Positions 1-11,989 of a DNA stretch of 64,000 nucleotides are shown piece after piece. The number at the start of each line of letters is the position of its first letter. Positions within the stretch are counted from its first letter, which is position 1. Source of the DNA: Eledone cirrhosa (Eukaryota); NCBI GenBank assembly GCA_964016885.1, contig OZ024747.1, positions 42,470,001-42,534,000 of the forward strand, written 5' to 3'. The position numbers and the translations under genes were made by a program. The notes beneath the pieces were generated by a model. The model ran no database searches and was not told the DNA's origin. It saw nothing but the letters and a program-made list of their open reading frames with translations.

Positions 1-456
1 AAAGGAAAGTTCTGTTTTACTACTTGTTTCCAGAGATAAACAATACACACATATACACACACAAATAACCTAATTCATTTAAATATAAACTTGTTTTATA
101 TGTATTGTGTATGTATGTTTTTGCATTGAGTGTGAAACAATGTGTAAACAAATTAGTTTCTTAATATATACATGACTAATCTTGATATAAAAAATTAGTG
201 AATGTATATATGTATGTGTTTATGTATGTATGTATCTGTGTATGTATATATGCATGTATGTGTGTGTATGTGTGCATGTATGTATGTATGTATATATATA
301 TGTATGTGTGTATGTATATATGCATGTATGTATGTATATATGTGTATGTGTGTATGTATATATGTATGTATGTGTGTTTTCTCTTTCTCTTAATTTTGAG
401 TATATTTTTTGACCGGTCACCTTCCTGGTGGCAAGGTTGTAAAAGAAAAGAAATTG

Positions 457-1215
457 TCATCCCTTGAATCGCAAGAATGTTTTGCAAATTTTGAAGGTGC
501 CAGCTATCGCAGCCATTTGTAGACTATGAATTAGGGAGCTGCGCTTTTTGTCCGCAAATCCAAGTTCAGTCATACTTTGGTCCAAGCGGGTTGGTATATA
601 ACCCGTAACACCAATAATGATGGGTATGAAGCTAAAGGTGTATCTTGGATACTGGATTTGTAAACTCCTCATCAATGGTCCGTAGATGTCCTCCTTCTCC
701 TGTATTTTTCTGACAACGTTTACATCAAGTGGGCAGCTGATCTCCACAACAGAACACGTTTTCAATGTGTGGTCCCAAACTACAATATCAGGCCGGTTGT
801 GCTTTAATTTGGTGGCAGTTTTTATTTTCAGGTTCCACCAGTATTCCTTAGTGCCATCTGTCTCAATATATTCTTCCTCGTTTGTTGTTGATTTTGTTTT
901 CCGAAGTGTGTTCCAGATGGTTCTAGCTATCCCATCGTGTCTCATGGGGAGGTAGTAGCGAGATGACATTCTTTCGCAGCTGGCAACAATGTGGCTTACA
1001 TCCTCGATCTTTGTTTTACATAGCCTACATTTATTGTCAGCTGCTGGCCCTCCTCTTTTGTGCAGCAGATATTTGGTAGGGAGTTCTTGTTCCTGTATTG
1101 CATAGAGATATCCCTCAAGGTGTGATGTCATAAACTTGTTGGAACTCCATGCCAGGCTTTTTGAGTGGTTTATCCCCTCTATGGTCTGTGTTTTACGCCT
1201 CAAGTATCCATGCAC
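457..1215 (-). CDS. Zinc knuckle plus restriction-like endonuclease part of the same retrotransposon ORF
   Basis: AIQEQ, CRLC, HIVASC, RHDGIA, RPDIVVWD, EISCP, IIIGVTG motifs typical of R4-clade RLE domains. Confidence 0.85.
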   Translation of the reverse strand: MHGYLRRKTQTIEGINHSKSLAWSSNKFMTSHLEGYLYAIQEQELPTKYLLHKRGGPAADNKCRLCKTKIEDVSHIVASCERMSSRYYLPMRHDGIARTIWNTLRKTKSTTNEEEYIETDGTKEYWWNLKIKTATKLKHNRPDIVVWDHTLKTCSVVEISCPLDVNVVRKIQEKEDIYGPLMRSLQIQYPRYTFSFIPIIIGVTGYIPTRLDQSMTELGFADKKRSSLIHSLQMAAIAGTFKICKTFLRFKG

Positions 1216-1234
1216 AACTTTTTCTGTAAATTGG

Positions 1235-3280
1235 TCAATTTTTTTTTCCTTGTTTGAACATTGAATAGGATCTTCCGATTTCTCTGGGTGAGAGATTTAT
1301 ATCGGGCTTTATTCCATATCTCTCCTCCAGATCAGTCGCTATTCTAATGATATTTCTTTTTTCATGGTCATAAACCTGGGCAAGATGGTTGCCAACCTTT
1401 TTCCTCTGTTGAAGGTGTTGCTTCAGTGTCACTATCCGGGTCTCATATGTTGTTAATATTGATTTTAGACCCCGGCCACCTTCCTTGCGTGAGAAGTATA
1501 GCCTATCCACATCACCATTGATGTTAAAGTTCCCAGTAACACTGAGAAGTTTTCGAGTTCTAACATCCATCTCACTTAGTTCTTGCAATGACCAGTTCAG
1601 TAGGCCAAATGTTGGCGTTAGAATTGGCACAGCATAAGTATTGTGGGCAATGTATTTGTTGTATGCTGACAGTTCTGATGACCATATTTTCTTTACTCTT
1701 CTGAGGTATTCAGTTCTGGTTCTCTCCTTATTTATGGGTCCATCATATCTGACATTCTCATCCTGTCCAAGATATCTGTAGTTGTCACCTGACTGCAGAG
1801 GTTGTATTGTCAGGCCGTTCATCTCTAGATTTCTAGAGGAGGGCACAGCTCTTCCACGTTTTACTGCCAAATATGCACACTTGGACTCACCAAATTTCAT
1901 TTTGATGTCGGTTGAAAATTGTGTAATGAGGTCCAATTGTTTCTTGATGTCATTGATATTTGGCCCATACAACTTCAGGTCATCAACAAAGAAAAGATGG
2001 GAGATACTTTTGGTCCCACTTCTTTGTCGACCTTGTTTCCTGAGTAGGTAAGATAGTGGATTCAGTGAGAGAACGAAGAGTAGCACTGACAAGCTATCAC
2101 CCTGAAAGATGCCCTTCTGGTAATGTATCTTATCAGTCTTAACCTGCTCCTTCTCACCTCTAAGGATCAAACTGGTGTACCAGTTCTTGGTCAGGCGTTC
2201 AACAGCAGCTACCAATGGTTGTGGGACTTTAGCTAACTGTAAAGCCTTAACAATCCACCCATGAGGTACACTATCAAATGCTTTTTGATAGTCCAGCCAC
2301 ACGACAGTCATGTTTCTGCGATTCTTTGTTGTTTTTTCCTGAATCATTTTGTTAGTTAGTAGGTGATCTATGCAACCCCACACCTCCCTCTTTCCACCAG
2401 CTTGCTCAGGTGTTATGATGTTGTTGGTAGCACAGTGATCCTGTAAGAACAGGTTAAGGCACCCAGTATATAATTTATACATGATGTTTTGGCAGGCAAT
2501 TGGGCGGTAATTTTTAGCAAGGGTGGTTTGGCTATTTTTGGGAATGAGGAGAGTAGAGGCAGTTGATAACCATCTGGGCAGTTCTTGTGTGCCCTTAATG
2601 GTTTCTGTAAACAGCCGTATGAGATCTTGCCAATAGAAAGTGAAATTCTTCAACCAGTATCCTGTAATGAGGTCTGGGCCTGGCGATTTCCTATTCAACA
2701 TTTTCTGTAGAGCTGTTTCCAGTATTGACCCATCTATGTCATATTGTTTTGTCTGGACATGTTGGCAGTAGTCCTGTTCCAGTTCTTTTAGCCAATTAGC
2801 TTGTCTGTTGAATCCGTCATCCGTTTCCCATACAGATCTCCAGTAGCTCTCAACCTGTTCTTTTGAAGGGGTGTCATTTACAGAGATTGAGCTTTTGCCA
2901 CCGAAGCTGCGATAAACTGATTTAGGATCTCTGGCAAACAATCTATTTAGCACTTGTCGTTTATGTGCTGTTGACTTATATTTTAGTCTTTCTGTTGTAG
3001 CTGTGAGTTGTTGTTTCAACTGGTGTAATTTGGAGTTCAAAGTTTTAAATTTTGTATCTCCAAATCTTCTCTCTAACTTTTTCTTTAGGTCTTCCTGGTG
3101 TTGTGTGAAGTTGCTCTCTATGTTGCATTTCATAACGACTGCGATGTGTGAGATACTTCGTCTCAGGGACAAAATTTTGGTTTTTAAATTTCGCATCCAC
3201 GCTGGTTCAGGCTTTCTGTTTGTATCTTGATTGCGTGGTTTTAGATGTGTGTTATATGCTAGCAATGTGACAGCTGAAAC
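1235..3280 (-). CDS. Reverse transcriptase part of the retrotransposon ORF (the ORF-track extension to 3493 is flanking microsatellite/SINE sequence)
   Basis: Complete RT domain. The frame ends at a 9-A homopolymer (1239-1247); removing one A fuses it to the 457-1215 ORF (GKKIDQFTEKVVHGY). Confidence 0.85.
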   Translation of the reverse strand, partial: VSAVTLLAYNTHLKPRNQDTNRKPEPAWMRNLKTKILSLRRSISHIAVVMKCNIESNFTQHQEDLKKKLERRFGDTKFKTLNSKLHQLKQQLTATTERLKYKSTAHKRQVLNRLFARDPKSVYRSFGGKSSISVNDTPSKEQVESYWRSVWETDDGFNRQANWLKELEQDYCQHVQTKQYDIDGSILETALQKMLNRKSPGPDLITGYWLKNFTFYWQDLIRLFTETIKGTQELPRWLSTASTLLIPKNSQTTLAKNYRPIACQNIMYKLYTGCLNLFLQDHCATNNIITPEQAGGKREVWGCIDHLLTNKMIQEKTTKNRRNMTVVWLDYQKAFDSVPHGWIVKALQLAKVPQPLVAAVERLTKNWYTSLILRGEKEQVKTDKIHYQKGIFQGDSLSVLLFVLSLNPLSYLLRKQGRQRSGTKSISHLFFVDDLKLYGPNINDIKKQLDLITQFSTDIKMKFGESKCAYLAVKRGRAVPSSRNLEMNGLTIQPLQSGDNYRYLGQDENVRYDGPINKERTRTEYLRRVKKIWSSELSAYNKYIAHNTYAVPILTPTFGLLNWSLQELSEMDVRTRKLLSVTGNFNINGDVDRLYFSRKEGGRGLKSILTTYETRIVTLKQHLQQRKKVGNHLAQVYDHEKRNIIRIATDLEERYGIKPDINLSPREIGRSYSMFKQGKKN

Positions 3281-4170
3281 ATGTGTATGTATATATGTAT
3301 GTATGTGTGTATGTATATATGCATGCATGAGCAAGTACCGTTTACCATAGGCCCAGGTTGATCCAGTGGATGAAATTAGGAAGATGGAAACTATGTGGAA
3401 GCTCAACATATAATACAAAAGGTCAGCTTTATTGCAATGATTTTGTCTGAGAACTATGTCAAGGACACACATGTCTGTGGAATACTCAGTCACTTACACA
3501 ATAATGAACAGGCAGTACAGTTCATCAAACAGTTGGAATACTTATTGTTGAAAAGGTGGGAGATCTATTAACTTTGTATCTATATCTATAATTTTACTGG
3601 ACTAAGATCATGCTGGGTTACTTACTACCTTGAATGCTTCAGTTGATTGCAACTAACTCAATACTTAATTCAGTCAGATAAGTATTTTGTTAATCTTTAA
3701 TTACAACAACATAAAGAGAAACACAACATAAACAATGACACTTGGTTTTAAAACTGGTGTTAACATAAACAAACACACACACATACACAGCTGTCTATAT
3801 ATCAGATCAGGTTTGGTGAGGGATATATAACTGGAGAATATTTCTGGTAGTTACACTGATTATGTGTGGGTGCAATGCTACACAACGAGGTAGTAAGTCA
3901 CTGCAGATTATAACAGAAACTACACAACTGCAGCAGCATGTCCATCACTCCTATGCCAGTAATTCGTGCAGGTTGATTGGGTATAGTTTTGAACAATGTG
4001 TTTGATTTTTACTTTTTCTCGTGTGGTATTGATCTTGTAAGTGGAGGTGAGACTAGATTTGAGTTTGTGGAGAGCATAGGATTGGTGTAGATGTATTTGT
4101 GTTCAAGTTAAAGCATTGAACAGTCTTAGTTACACATACACACACACATTTCCTTTAGAATGGTGAGACT

Positions 4171-4344
4171 AAACCTCTGAAGAGTACCTGAGTCTCATGT
4201 GGTTTAATCATAATCGATAGTTTGTCTTCGATGATCGAATATATTAATTAATTTAAAAAACTTTTTTTTCTTTCTTTTAATGATCGATTACATAGATCGA
4301 CTTTTAGCCATACTATCCAGGTATGAAATAGCGCTATAAGGTTT
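4171..4344 (+). ncRNA. Type I hammerhead ribozyme with a very long stem II/loop
   Basis: Stem I AAACCU/AGGUUU; CUGAAGA at 4177; stem II GUACCUG...CAGGUAU enclosing ~127 nt; GAAA at 4325; palindromic stem III UAGCGCUA; UA cleavage site at 4337-4338. Confidence 0.7.
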
Positions 4345-4884
4345 CACTTACAATTCCATCTGTGTACATATTCTTCTATTGAATATATGGCCTTTTGTCT
4401 CTATATCATCATCATCATCATTTTACGTCCGCTTTTCCCTGCTTGCGAGGGTGGGACGGGAACTGATTCTGGCTTCATTTCTACAGTTGGATGCCCTTCC
4501 TAACACCAACCTCATTTACAGTGAGTGCTGGGTGCTTTTTTTTCCGTGGCACCTCCACATCCACTTTACAGTGTGGGCTGGGTGCTTTTTTTTTTTTGCC
4601 ATGGCACCTCCTTGACCACTTTGCAGTGGAATGATAGGGACCCCAGTCCTATCATCTCATTTCTACAGCTGAGTAAATTGGAGCAATGTGAAATAAAGTG
4701 TCTTGCTCAAGGAAACAACACATATATAAACATGAATATATGATAAACACTAATACAAGTATATAAGTGTTTGTATTGCAAATGACCAAGTTAGCTAGAT
4801 TGAAAAATACTAATTAATACAGTTTGCCTGTCTCGATTTAAAATAATAAATCAATAAAAACAAACCAATATTGGCAATAGTTGT

Positions 4885-4973
4885 GATACCTGGACAAATT
4901 TAAATTTCAAAACTCAAATCTGTTTCGCAACAATAAGTGAAAATTTCCATTTCTGTGCTCATCTGCAGGTATC
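4885..4973 (-). ncRNA. Type I hammerhead-like motif, U4A core variant (left arm copy)
   Basis: Reverse-complement counterpart of 5396-5484 with the same CAGAUGA core. Confidence 0.6.
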
Positions 4974-5395
4974 CAGAAATTGGTATGTTTCACTTCAAAA
5001 TACTTAGGAAGACTGAGAGAAATGTGTTGTTGAACGCACATGTGTCCCAGCGTCTAGCCAGTCCTATACTCATGCTGCCAGAAATAGCAGCCGGTTTTAA
5101 ATACAAACACTTATATACTTGTATTAGTGTTTATCATATATTCATTTGTATTACACAGCTCAGAAATATCTCTTTCTTTGAGCTATTTAATTGTAAAAGA
5201 CTGTTTGAGTTTATAACTCTATATATAGTATTCTTGGCTCCATATGTTGAGCTAAATTTTTTAGTCCCATAAAACCGGCTGCTATTTCTGGCAGCACGAG
5301 TATAGGACTGGCTAGACGCTGGGACACATGTGCGTTCAACAACACATTTCTCTCAGTCTTCCTAAGTATTTTGAAGTGAAACATACCAATTTCTG

Positions 5396-5484
5396 GATAC
5401 CTGCAGATGAGCACAGAAATGAAAATTTTCACTTATTGTTGCGAAACAGATTTGAGTTTTGAAATTTAAATTTGTCCAGGTATC
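5396..5484 (+). ncRNA. Type I hammerhead-like motif, U4A core variant
   Basis: Stem I GAUACCUG/CAGGUAUC (8 bp); CAGAUGA in place of CUGAUGA; imperfect long stem II; GAAA at 5443; 11-bp stem III (with G-U pairs); GUC cleavage triplet at 5474-5476. Confidence 0.6.
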
Positions 5485-5731
5485 ACGGCTATTGTCAATA
5501 TGGGTTTGTTTTTATTGATTTATTATTTTAAATCGAGACAGGCAAACTGTATTAATTTAATTAGTATTTTTCAATCTAGCTAACTTGGTCATTTGCAATG
5601 CAAACACTTATATACTTGTATTAGCGTTTATCATATATTCATTTGTATTACACGGCTCAGAAATATCTCTTTCTTTGAGCTATTTAATTGTAAAAGACTG
5701 TTTGAGTTTATAACTCTATATATAGTATATT

Positions 5732-5772
<41 letters not shown>

Positions 5773-8192
5773 TTGTAGCTTAATTGTTATAAATTAATGT
5801 TTTGTCTCTTGTCTCTTACTCCACTGGACAGCGTTTGGCTTGTGTCAGACGCTATGACCCTGGGTGGACCAGGAGAACCATTGGTAGGGATCTAAACTGC
5901 CAAAGTCCATCTCAACGGTTGATGACCATGGAGTTCTGTGTCCTTCGTTTGTATTTTTATTTTTTTAAAATAATTTTTTAAGGTTTCTTTCCCCTTAAAA
6001 AATTGATTTTCGTTTTGCCTTGTTTCCGTTTGTTGTCTTGCCCTCTTTTTGTTAATTTTCTTAAGTTTATTTATATAAATCATCATCGTTTAATGTCTAT
6101 CTTCTACGCTAACATGGGTTAGACAGGAATTGTCCCACTTGAGGCAAGATTGATCTGGCAGGTTTTCTATGGCTGGATGCCCTTCCTAACACCAACCACA
6201 TTTACAGTGTAGACTAGAAGCCTTGTTACCGTGTCTCCTACACGACCACTTTACAGTGTGGACTGGGTGTTTTTTGTCGTGACACCTACACAACCTCTTT
6301 ATTGTGGACTGGATGTTCTGTGGTACCAACATAACTTTACAGAGAAAGGGTGGTGTTGGTGGGAGTGGGAGGATGGAGTAGGGGTAGTTGGTTGGGGTGT
6401 ATATTTGGTTATGAGGTGCCTACTGACTGTAGGTTTAACTTTGTATGCATAGTGCCAAAGGTCTCAGTCCAGTGACATTTACACACACACACACACACAG
6501 TTTTCATCTACCAAATTTCACTGAGAATATATTGGTCAACTTCTAGCTTCAGTAGAACAAACCTCTCTAATGTGCTGTGTACTGGGATCAAACCCAATAC
6601 CATGTTGCAAAGCACATTTTTAAACCACATGTCTGCTCCCACTTAAGTATAGATAATAAGGAGTGATAAAAAAGGGTTAGGTTAGTTGATGTAAGTACAG
6701 TTAACTTCTAAAAGTTGACTTTCAAATCTTAAATGAAAATAACAACATTACAGGAAATTCTAATCTAAAGTAATATTCTATGGAATGAAGTCTACTGGAC
6801 ACGTACTTTATTAGTGTATTGTTGTTTAGTACCAGATCAAGTCTAACTAAGTAGAAAAAATGGGGGGGGGGGGCACATACTTCAAATTTAGTGTGTTATA
6901 GGTGTTTTTGTTTAGTGCTACATCATATCTGGTTGAGCAGAAAAACTGGGCACTTGTACATTAGAGTGTTATTGGTGTTGTTGTTTAGTACTAGATAAAG
7001 CCTGATTGAGTATTCCCTCAGGTAAAAATGCCTTGCAGTATTTATTCTCTTCTCTCCAAGTTCAAATTACATGGCTCAACTTTGCCTTTCATCATTTTGG
7101 GGGTCAATAAATAAATTACGGGCCACGCACTGGTTTTGATTCTCTCTCTCTCTGAATCAGCTATGTTGTGCTGTGTGATGGATCAGGGAAACCACTCACA
7201 ACATGCCTTCCTCTAGAAATAGAGAAGACCTGAGCAAATGGTTAGCAACTGCTTCTCCTAAAAAATATGATACGTTACTGGAACTATCCAATGTGGAGTA
7301 CAGCACTAAATGTAAATAAAGGAAGAAAGCACAAATCCTTACATCTAAGGAGAGGATATAACTGGCTATATCCACCTTCAGTACATCATTGGTAATTATT
7401 TCATTGTTTCCAGAAAGATTAAAGGCAAAGTCAACTTTGGTGAAATTTAAAGTTTGACTGCAAATAGGTATAACTAAATACCACATGGCCTTTTAACTGT
7501 TGCTTTATCAATTTTGTCAATGTGGAGGAATAATGACAGTTGAGAAGATATGAGAGGTCAGCATGTTTTACTGGAAGTGTAATGTAAGTGTGCATAAATG
7601 ATGGTGCACAAATGAGCTGAGATAAAAAGTAGAATCAAATATAATGTAGATGAGAGGACATAGAGCTCATACAGATATGTCTTCCAAATGAAAAATGACA
7701 GATGAGTAAAAATGTGGCAAGCAATCCAAATAGTAGGAACTCATGGAAGAGATAGACTGAGGAAAATATGTTAAGAAGTGGTGAAGGCTGAATCAAATGA
7801 CGGAGATGACAAAGGACAACAAGTGGGAGGATGCTCTGCTGGAGAAGATGCAACCTATACATGCAGGTGTGGAGGGATGGGCATGAGAATGATGATGTCA
7901 TGAAAAATGCAAAAACTTGCACATATACATGTACATATATACTCAGAGATCCACAGCTATGAAAACACATACTCATAGTCAAATCACTATAGATACATAC
8001 ACATAAGGACAGTTACTTTTAGTAAGAACTGTCCTGGCCTGTTATGACTTGTCCAACACATGCCAGTATGGAAAAACAGCCATAAAAGATGATGATGATG
8101 ATGACAAAGACAACAGTGTTAATGTCATATGATGAAGATTTATAGTTTCATGAAGGTATAGTTGTTGTTTTTATTGCACAATGTTTAGACTT

Positions 8193-8408
8193 TATCCCTT
8201 TAATGTTCAAACCGGCCAGAATTCTCTACCTTTTTCTGTTGAAACTGGCTGTAACTGGTCGCTCAAACTGATGTTAAGGTATTGTTCTCAAAATAAATAC
8301 TTTCAAAATCTCATAGAATCGATATTATGTGAGATAATTATGTAAGATAAAGCCTTTACCATGAAAATATAATAGTATATATAGAGTAATGTGAATGCTA
8401 AAGGGTTA
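8193..8408. mobile_element. Non-autonomous DNA transposon/MITE with CCCTTT..AAAGGG termini (piggyBac-like); related copies at ~33657-33870 and ~57323-57535
   Basis: Three dispersed homologous copies; termini (TTAA)CCCTTTAGCA / TGCTAAAGGGTTA. Confidence 0.55.
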
Positions 8409-10017
8409 TATGTAAGGTTTGCTATCAAGTGAAGGCATATATCATAATGATTAGGGCATTCGGATCATGACTGTAAGGGCATGCGTTCAATTCCCAGACC
8501 AGGTTGATGGCACTTTCTTCCACATTGCCTCAATCCACTCAGCTTGCAAAAATGAGTTGCACTTGTCATTAAAGGGACTGGCCTTGTTCCACTGAATATC
8601 CCTGAGAACTTCATTGAGGGTGCACATGTTTCTGGAATGCTCAACGAGTTATGTTAATTTTGCAAGCAGGCAGTTTAATTGATTGACTCAGCTAGAGCAT
8701 CGGAAACGACGGAGGTGCAATATGCTATATGTATAGATTACTTTTGTTGCTATAACACAGCCTATACAACACAATTAGGGAATGTGAAGGCTCTTCCATT
8801 ACAGTTTTAATTCTAAGTCAATTTAATCCACACTGTAATGTGGTTGGAGCTAGGAAGGGCATCCAGCTGTAGAAACCAATTCAAAATACAGATCCGTATG
8901 AGCAAGACATGGTCACCTGATTTGAATTGTCTCATAATGTGACAACCTGCCTAACCCATGCAAGTTTGGAAAATGAACGTTAAATGATGATGATGATTTC
9001 AGTCCCTGGACTGCCATTTTCTCCTGCAAAATTAGTAGGAGTGTATCTCATCTGAGGAAGGAACTTTGTGATGTGGAATGGCTGATGTAGTAGGTGTTGC
9101 TAGCTATTCCCTGTGGCAATGCTTTTGCCATCTTGTCTGTAGAGTGCAGCCAAAATATACTGCCTAGCCAGGGGTGTAGAGTTGGCCCCACTCCCTTCTC
9201 CTTTTATCCCTATTTAATTTTTCCTCTCTGTCTTTTATTTTCTCTTCCTGTTTATTATTGAAGAAACCAACCTATCATTCACCTTTCTGTGCATGCAACA
9301 CTATGCTCTTTATTTTAGTGTCATATTTATCTAAAACCCTTTCACCATAATTTTATAAGAACCTTTAAGTTACGAACCAACTCAATAATGAGAAAGTTAG
9401 TTATATTACTAAATTTTCTCCAAAATTTTTACTAATTCCAAAATTATTTGAAAACCATAGGCAGTGTCTTTATTCGCAATAGGGTAACGAAAGGGTTAAA
9501 CAAATTAATAGCTAAATACGAACGATAAGGCAGCCGATTACACCGTGTAACAAACGTTTTTTCTTTTTTTTTTACTTGTTTTTTTTTTCTTTGTTTTTCT
9601 TTGTTTGCTTTTGATAAGCTTGTGTAATAAAATAAATTTATACTCTGTTGATTTAATTATATGAACTGATAAATTTAAAAAAAAATGTGTTTTTCCTTGA
9701 AAAATATGAAAATTTCGAAATATCAAACTCCTGACCACAAACCCAAACTTCTGATTAAATAATAGTGTTTTTTATAATAATGGGATATAAAAACCATGAA
9801 ATGACACTTAGAACCGGGGAACAAAAAATATGTTACACGGTGTTATAAGCAATACAAAGAAAACGTTTTGGATTAAAATAACAAACAACATATAGCAATA
9901 TAAACGTGTGACATGTTTATCATCAGCTGTATGGATAGATGTTACCTAGCAACAAATATTTCAGGCATGCTAGGACATGTAACAATAACTTGAGACGTGA
10001 TCCCACTCCCAACTTAC

Positions 10018-10082
10018 TCTCTGCTCGTATTTCTCCTTTGTACATGCGACGACTCTTTTATAACAATGTATGTATGTAACTA
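10018..10082 (-). CDS. Candidate exon 5 of the unidentified divergent gene ((L)VTYIHCYKRVVACTKEKYEQR)
   Basis: ctttag acceptor (NAGNAG) and AGA|gtaagt donor; phase 1 to 0, consistent with the preceding exon. Confidence 0.5.
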
Positions 10083-11095
10083 CTAAAGTTAAAAGTTGGG
10101 GCGAGGAGATAACGAGGGAAGATCTAAGAGACCGATAGACCTGCTATAATCTTCCTGCAATCACACCCAGCATATTTAAATAAAGACATTAGATAATGTA
10201 GGTATGGAGCTCCATCTGTTTCGACGATGAATATTTCAGTTGATAGAACAAAAGAAAAGCTGGCTCATGAAATTAACGTGTAAGTGGCTCAGCCGTCAAC
10301 AAACACGTGTATCCATAACGTATGGTATGCCAAAGCCGGCCTTTAAATCACAGGTACAGTCAACTCGACAGTTTTCCAAACAGTTTCTATCTACCCAATT
10401 TCACTCAACCTATAGTAAATGACGCCCCAAATGCCATACAATGGGATCAAACAAGAGACCTAATGATTGCGAAGTGAACTTCTAAACCATGCTGTCCCCA
10501 CGTTACATAATGTAGTCCTACATATTCCCACAAGATATGATGGTCACAGGTCGAATGCTTTTGATTACAGGTTTACGTAACAAAGAAAGCTGACCTACGG
10601 CTAAACAGCAATAGTCAGTGTGGGTATCTTTTCGTAATTAGTTTAAAAAGAAAAAAAGATTGTTTAGCTCTAGCAGCGTCACTATTAAAGAAACATGTCC
10701 CTTGATTTAGTAAATAAAGCCCGAAATCGATTTTGATTATTGACGTGGCAAAATTTAGAAGAATAAGAGGTAAGCCTGGCGACACCCGAGATTAAAGGGT
10801 GGTCTAAATTTACAAGGTGAGGCGTCTTGTTACAATTTCATTTTTACTCTGACAGGTAATATAAAAGTGAAGTTGGCAAATTTCACGGTGTATGAAATAT
10901 AACAAAAAAAGGTTGAATGAATTTATTTCAATAGAACAGCCACATACACACTATATATATAAAGCGTCTTGCCGGTATCTGGGAAATACCAAGTTCGATT
11001 CCTCGTAGCGGCCGATGACAACATTTTTCTCCGTCTCTAACAGTCTTCACCCTATTTTATAGTACCTCTGTGCATACACTCACCACTCTTTACAC

Positions 11096-11168
<73 letters not shown>

Positions 11169-11247
11169 TATACACACATACAACTATAGACACATACACA
11201 CACATACAACTATAGACGCATACACACACATACAACTATAGACGCAT

Positions 11248-11278
<31 letters not shown>

Positions 11279-11445
11279 CACACACACAACTATAGACACA
11301 CACACACAACTATAGACACATACACACAAATATATATCGTGTATATATGTATATATATATATATATATACACGATGGCTTCCAAAAGTAACGGTCGCATT
11401 TTGAAAGGGTACGTCAATGTTTATTTATAAAACTGGTATATATTG

Positions 11446-11510
11446 TATTTTGTCTGATGAAGGCATACCATAATTTAACTTGGTATCCTTGAAATATGTA
11501 TAATGAAATA
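11446..11510 (+). ncRNA. Minimal type I hammerhead ribozyme (Penelope-type)
   Basis: Stem I UAUUUUGU/AUGAAAUA; CUGAUGA at 11454; stem II AGGCAUACCA/UGGUAUCCUU; GAAA; UAUGUA; UA; overlapping AATAAA. Confidence 0.75.
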
Positions 11511-11586
11511 AATATAGTTTTATAAATATAGTTTTTATTTGTTAATATCGTATATACACACGATATATATTTGTGCTTGTGTATAC

Positions 11587-11600
11587 GTGTGAAATTTTTC
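11587..11600 (-). CDS. Candidate 14-nt microexon of the unidentified divergent gene ((R)KNFT(L))
   Basis: Strong ttttgttttacag acceptor and a weaker CAC|gtatac donor; supplies the phase 2-to-1 link needed between the flanking exons. Confidence 0.4.
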
Positions 11601-11759
11601 CTGTAAAACAAAAAAATGAAATACAAGGTAGAAAAGGATGTTTTTCTGAATGACGAGACAACTTCTTGCAACTAAACTACCATTTGTTCAAATTTTTCAT
11701 TTTCAACATATTTTTAAAGAACGTTAAACTTTATTAATATTTAAAAAAACAGAAAAAGA

Positions 11760-11985
11760 AGGGAAAGGCAAGGGCTCTAGGATCACAGAAGAATGGGAGG
11801 GGGAAGGGAGAGGGTGATGGTCTCTAGGCCTAGGGTGCGGCGGTGTTGGGGCTACGCCCCGCGGACAAGACCGCAAAAGTATTTCCGCGGACAATGGCCA
11901 GCGACACCCGCTGTAACAGCCACCCACCTGGTGGGGCTGCGACGTTCCGTTCTTGCTGAGGAGCTCGGTAGTACGGGGTCCGACT
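11760..11985 (-). mobile_element. 3' fragment of a CRE-like RLE non-LTR retrotransposon
   Basis: GC-rich island encoding VGPRTTELLSK..(frameshift)..WLLQRVSLAIVRGNTFAVL, resembling the QRLSxAxxRGN C-terminal motif of CRE-clade elements. Confidence 0.55.
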
Positions 11986-11989
11986 ATAC

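Larger units (their letters stand above)
378..3281 (-). mobile_element. 5'-truncated R4/Dong-like (RLE-type) non-LTR retrotransposon inserted in a (TACA/TGTA)n microsatellite
   Basis: RT motifs NYRPIACQNIMYK, WLDYQKAFDSVPH, KGIFQGDSLS, HLFFVDDLKLY; C-terminal CCHC knuckle (CRLC..SHIVASC), RHD and PD-(D/E)xK endonuclease (HNRPDIVVWD..VVEISCP..KEDIY). An identical 29-bp sequence lies at 349-377 and 3282-3310 (candidate TSD). Confidence 0.9.
4732..5728. repeat. ~370-bp inverted repeat (4732-5099 / 5270-5642); the spacer is partly a direct copy of 5598-5728
   Basis: The arms are near-identical reverse complements (hence the mirrored ORFs 4937+ and 5432-); each arm carries a hammerhead-like motif. 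Confidence 0.9.

Noticed and set aside
1239-1247. Programmed -1 ribosomal frameshift in the retrotransposon
   Set aside because: Restoring the ORF requires skipping one base (+1), and R4-type elements have a single ORF; a homopolymer indel is the simpler explanation.
10960-11015. tRNA-like B box (GTTCGATTCC)
   Set aside because: No cloverleaf or A box; likely a SINE head fragment.
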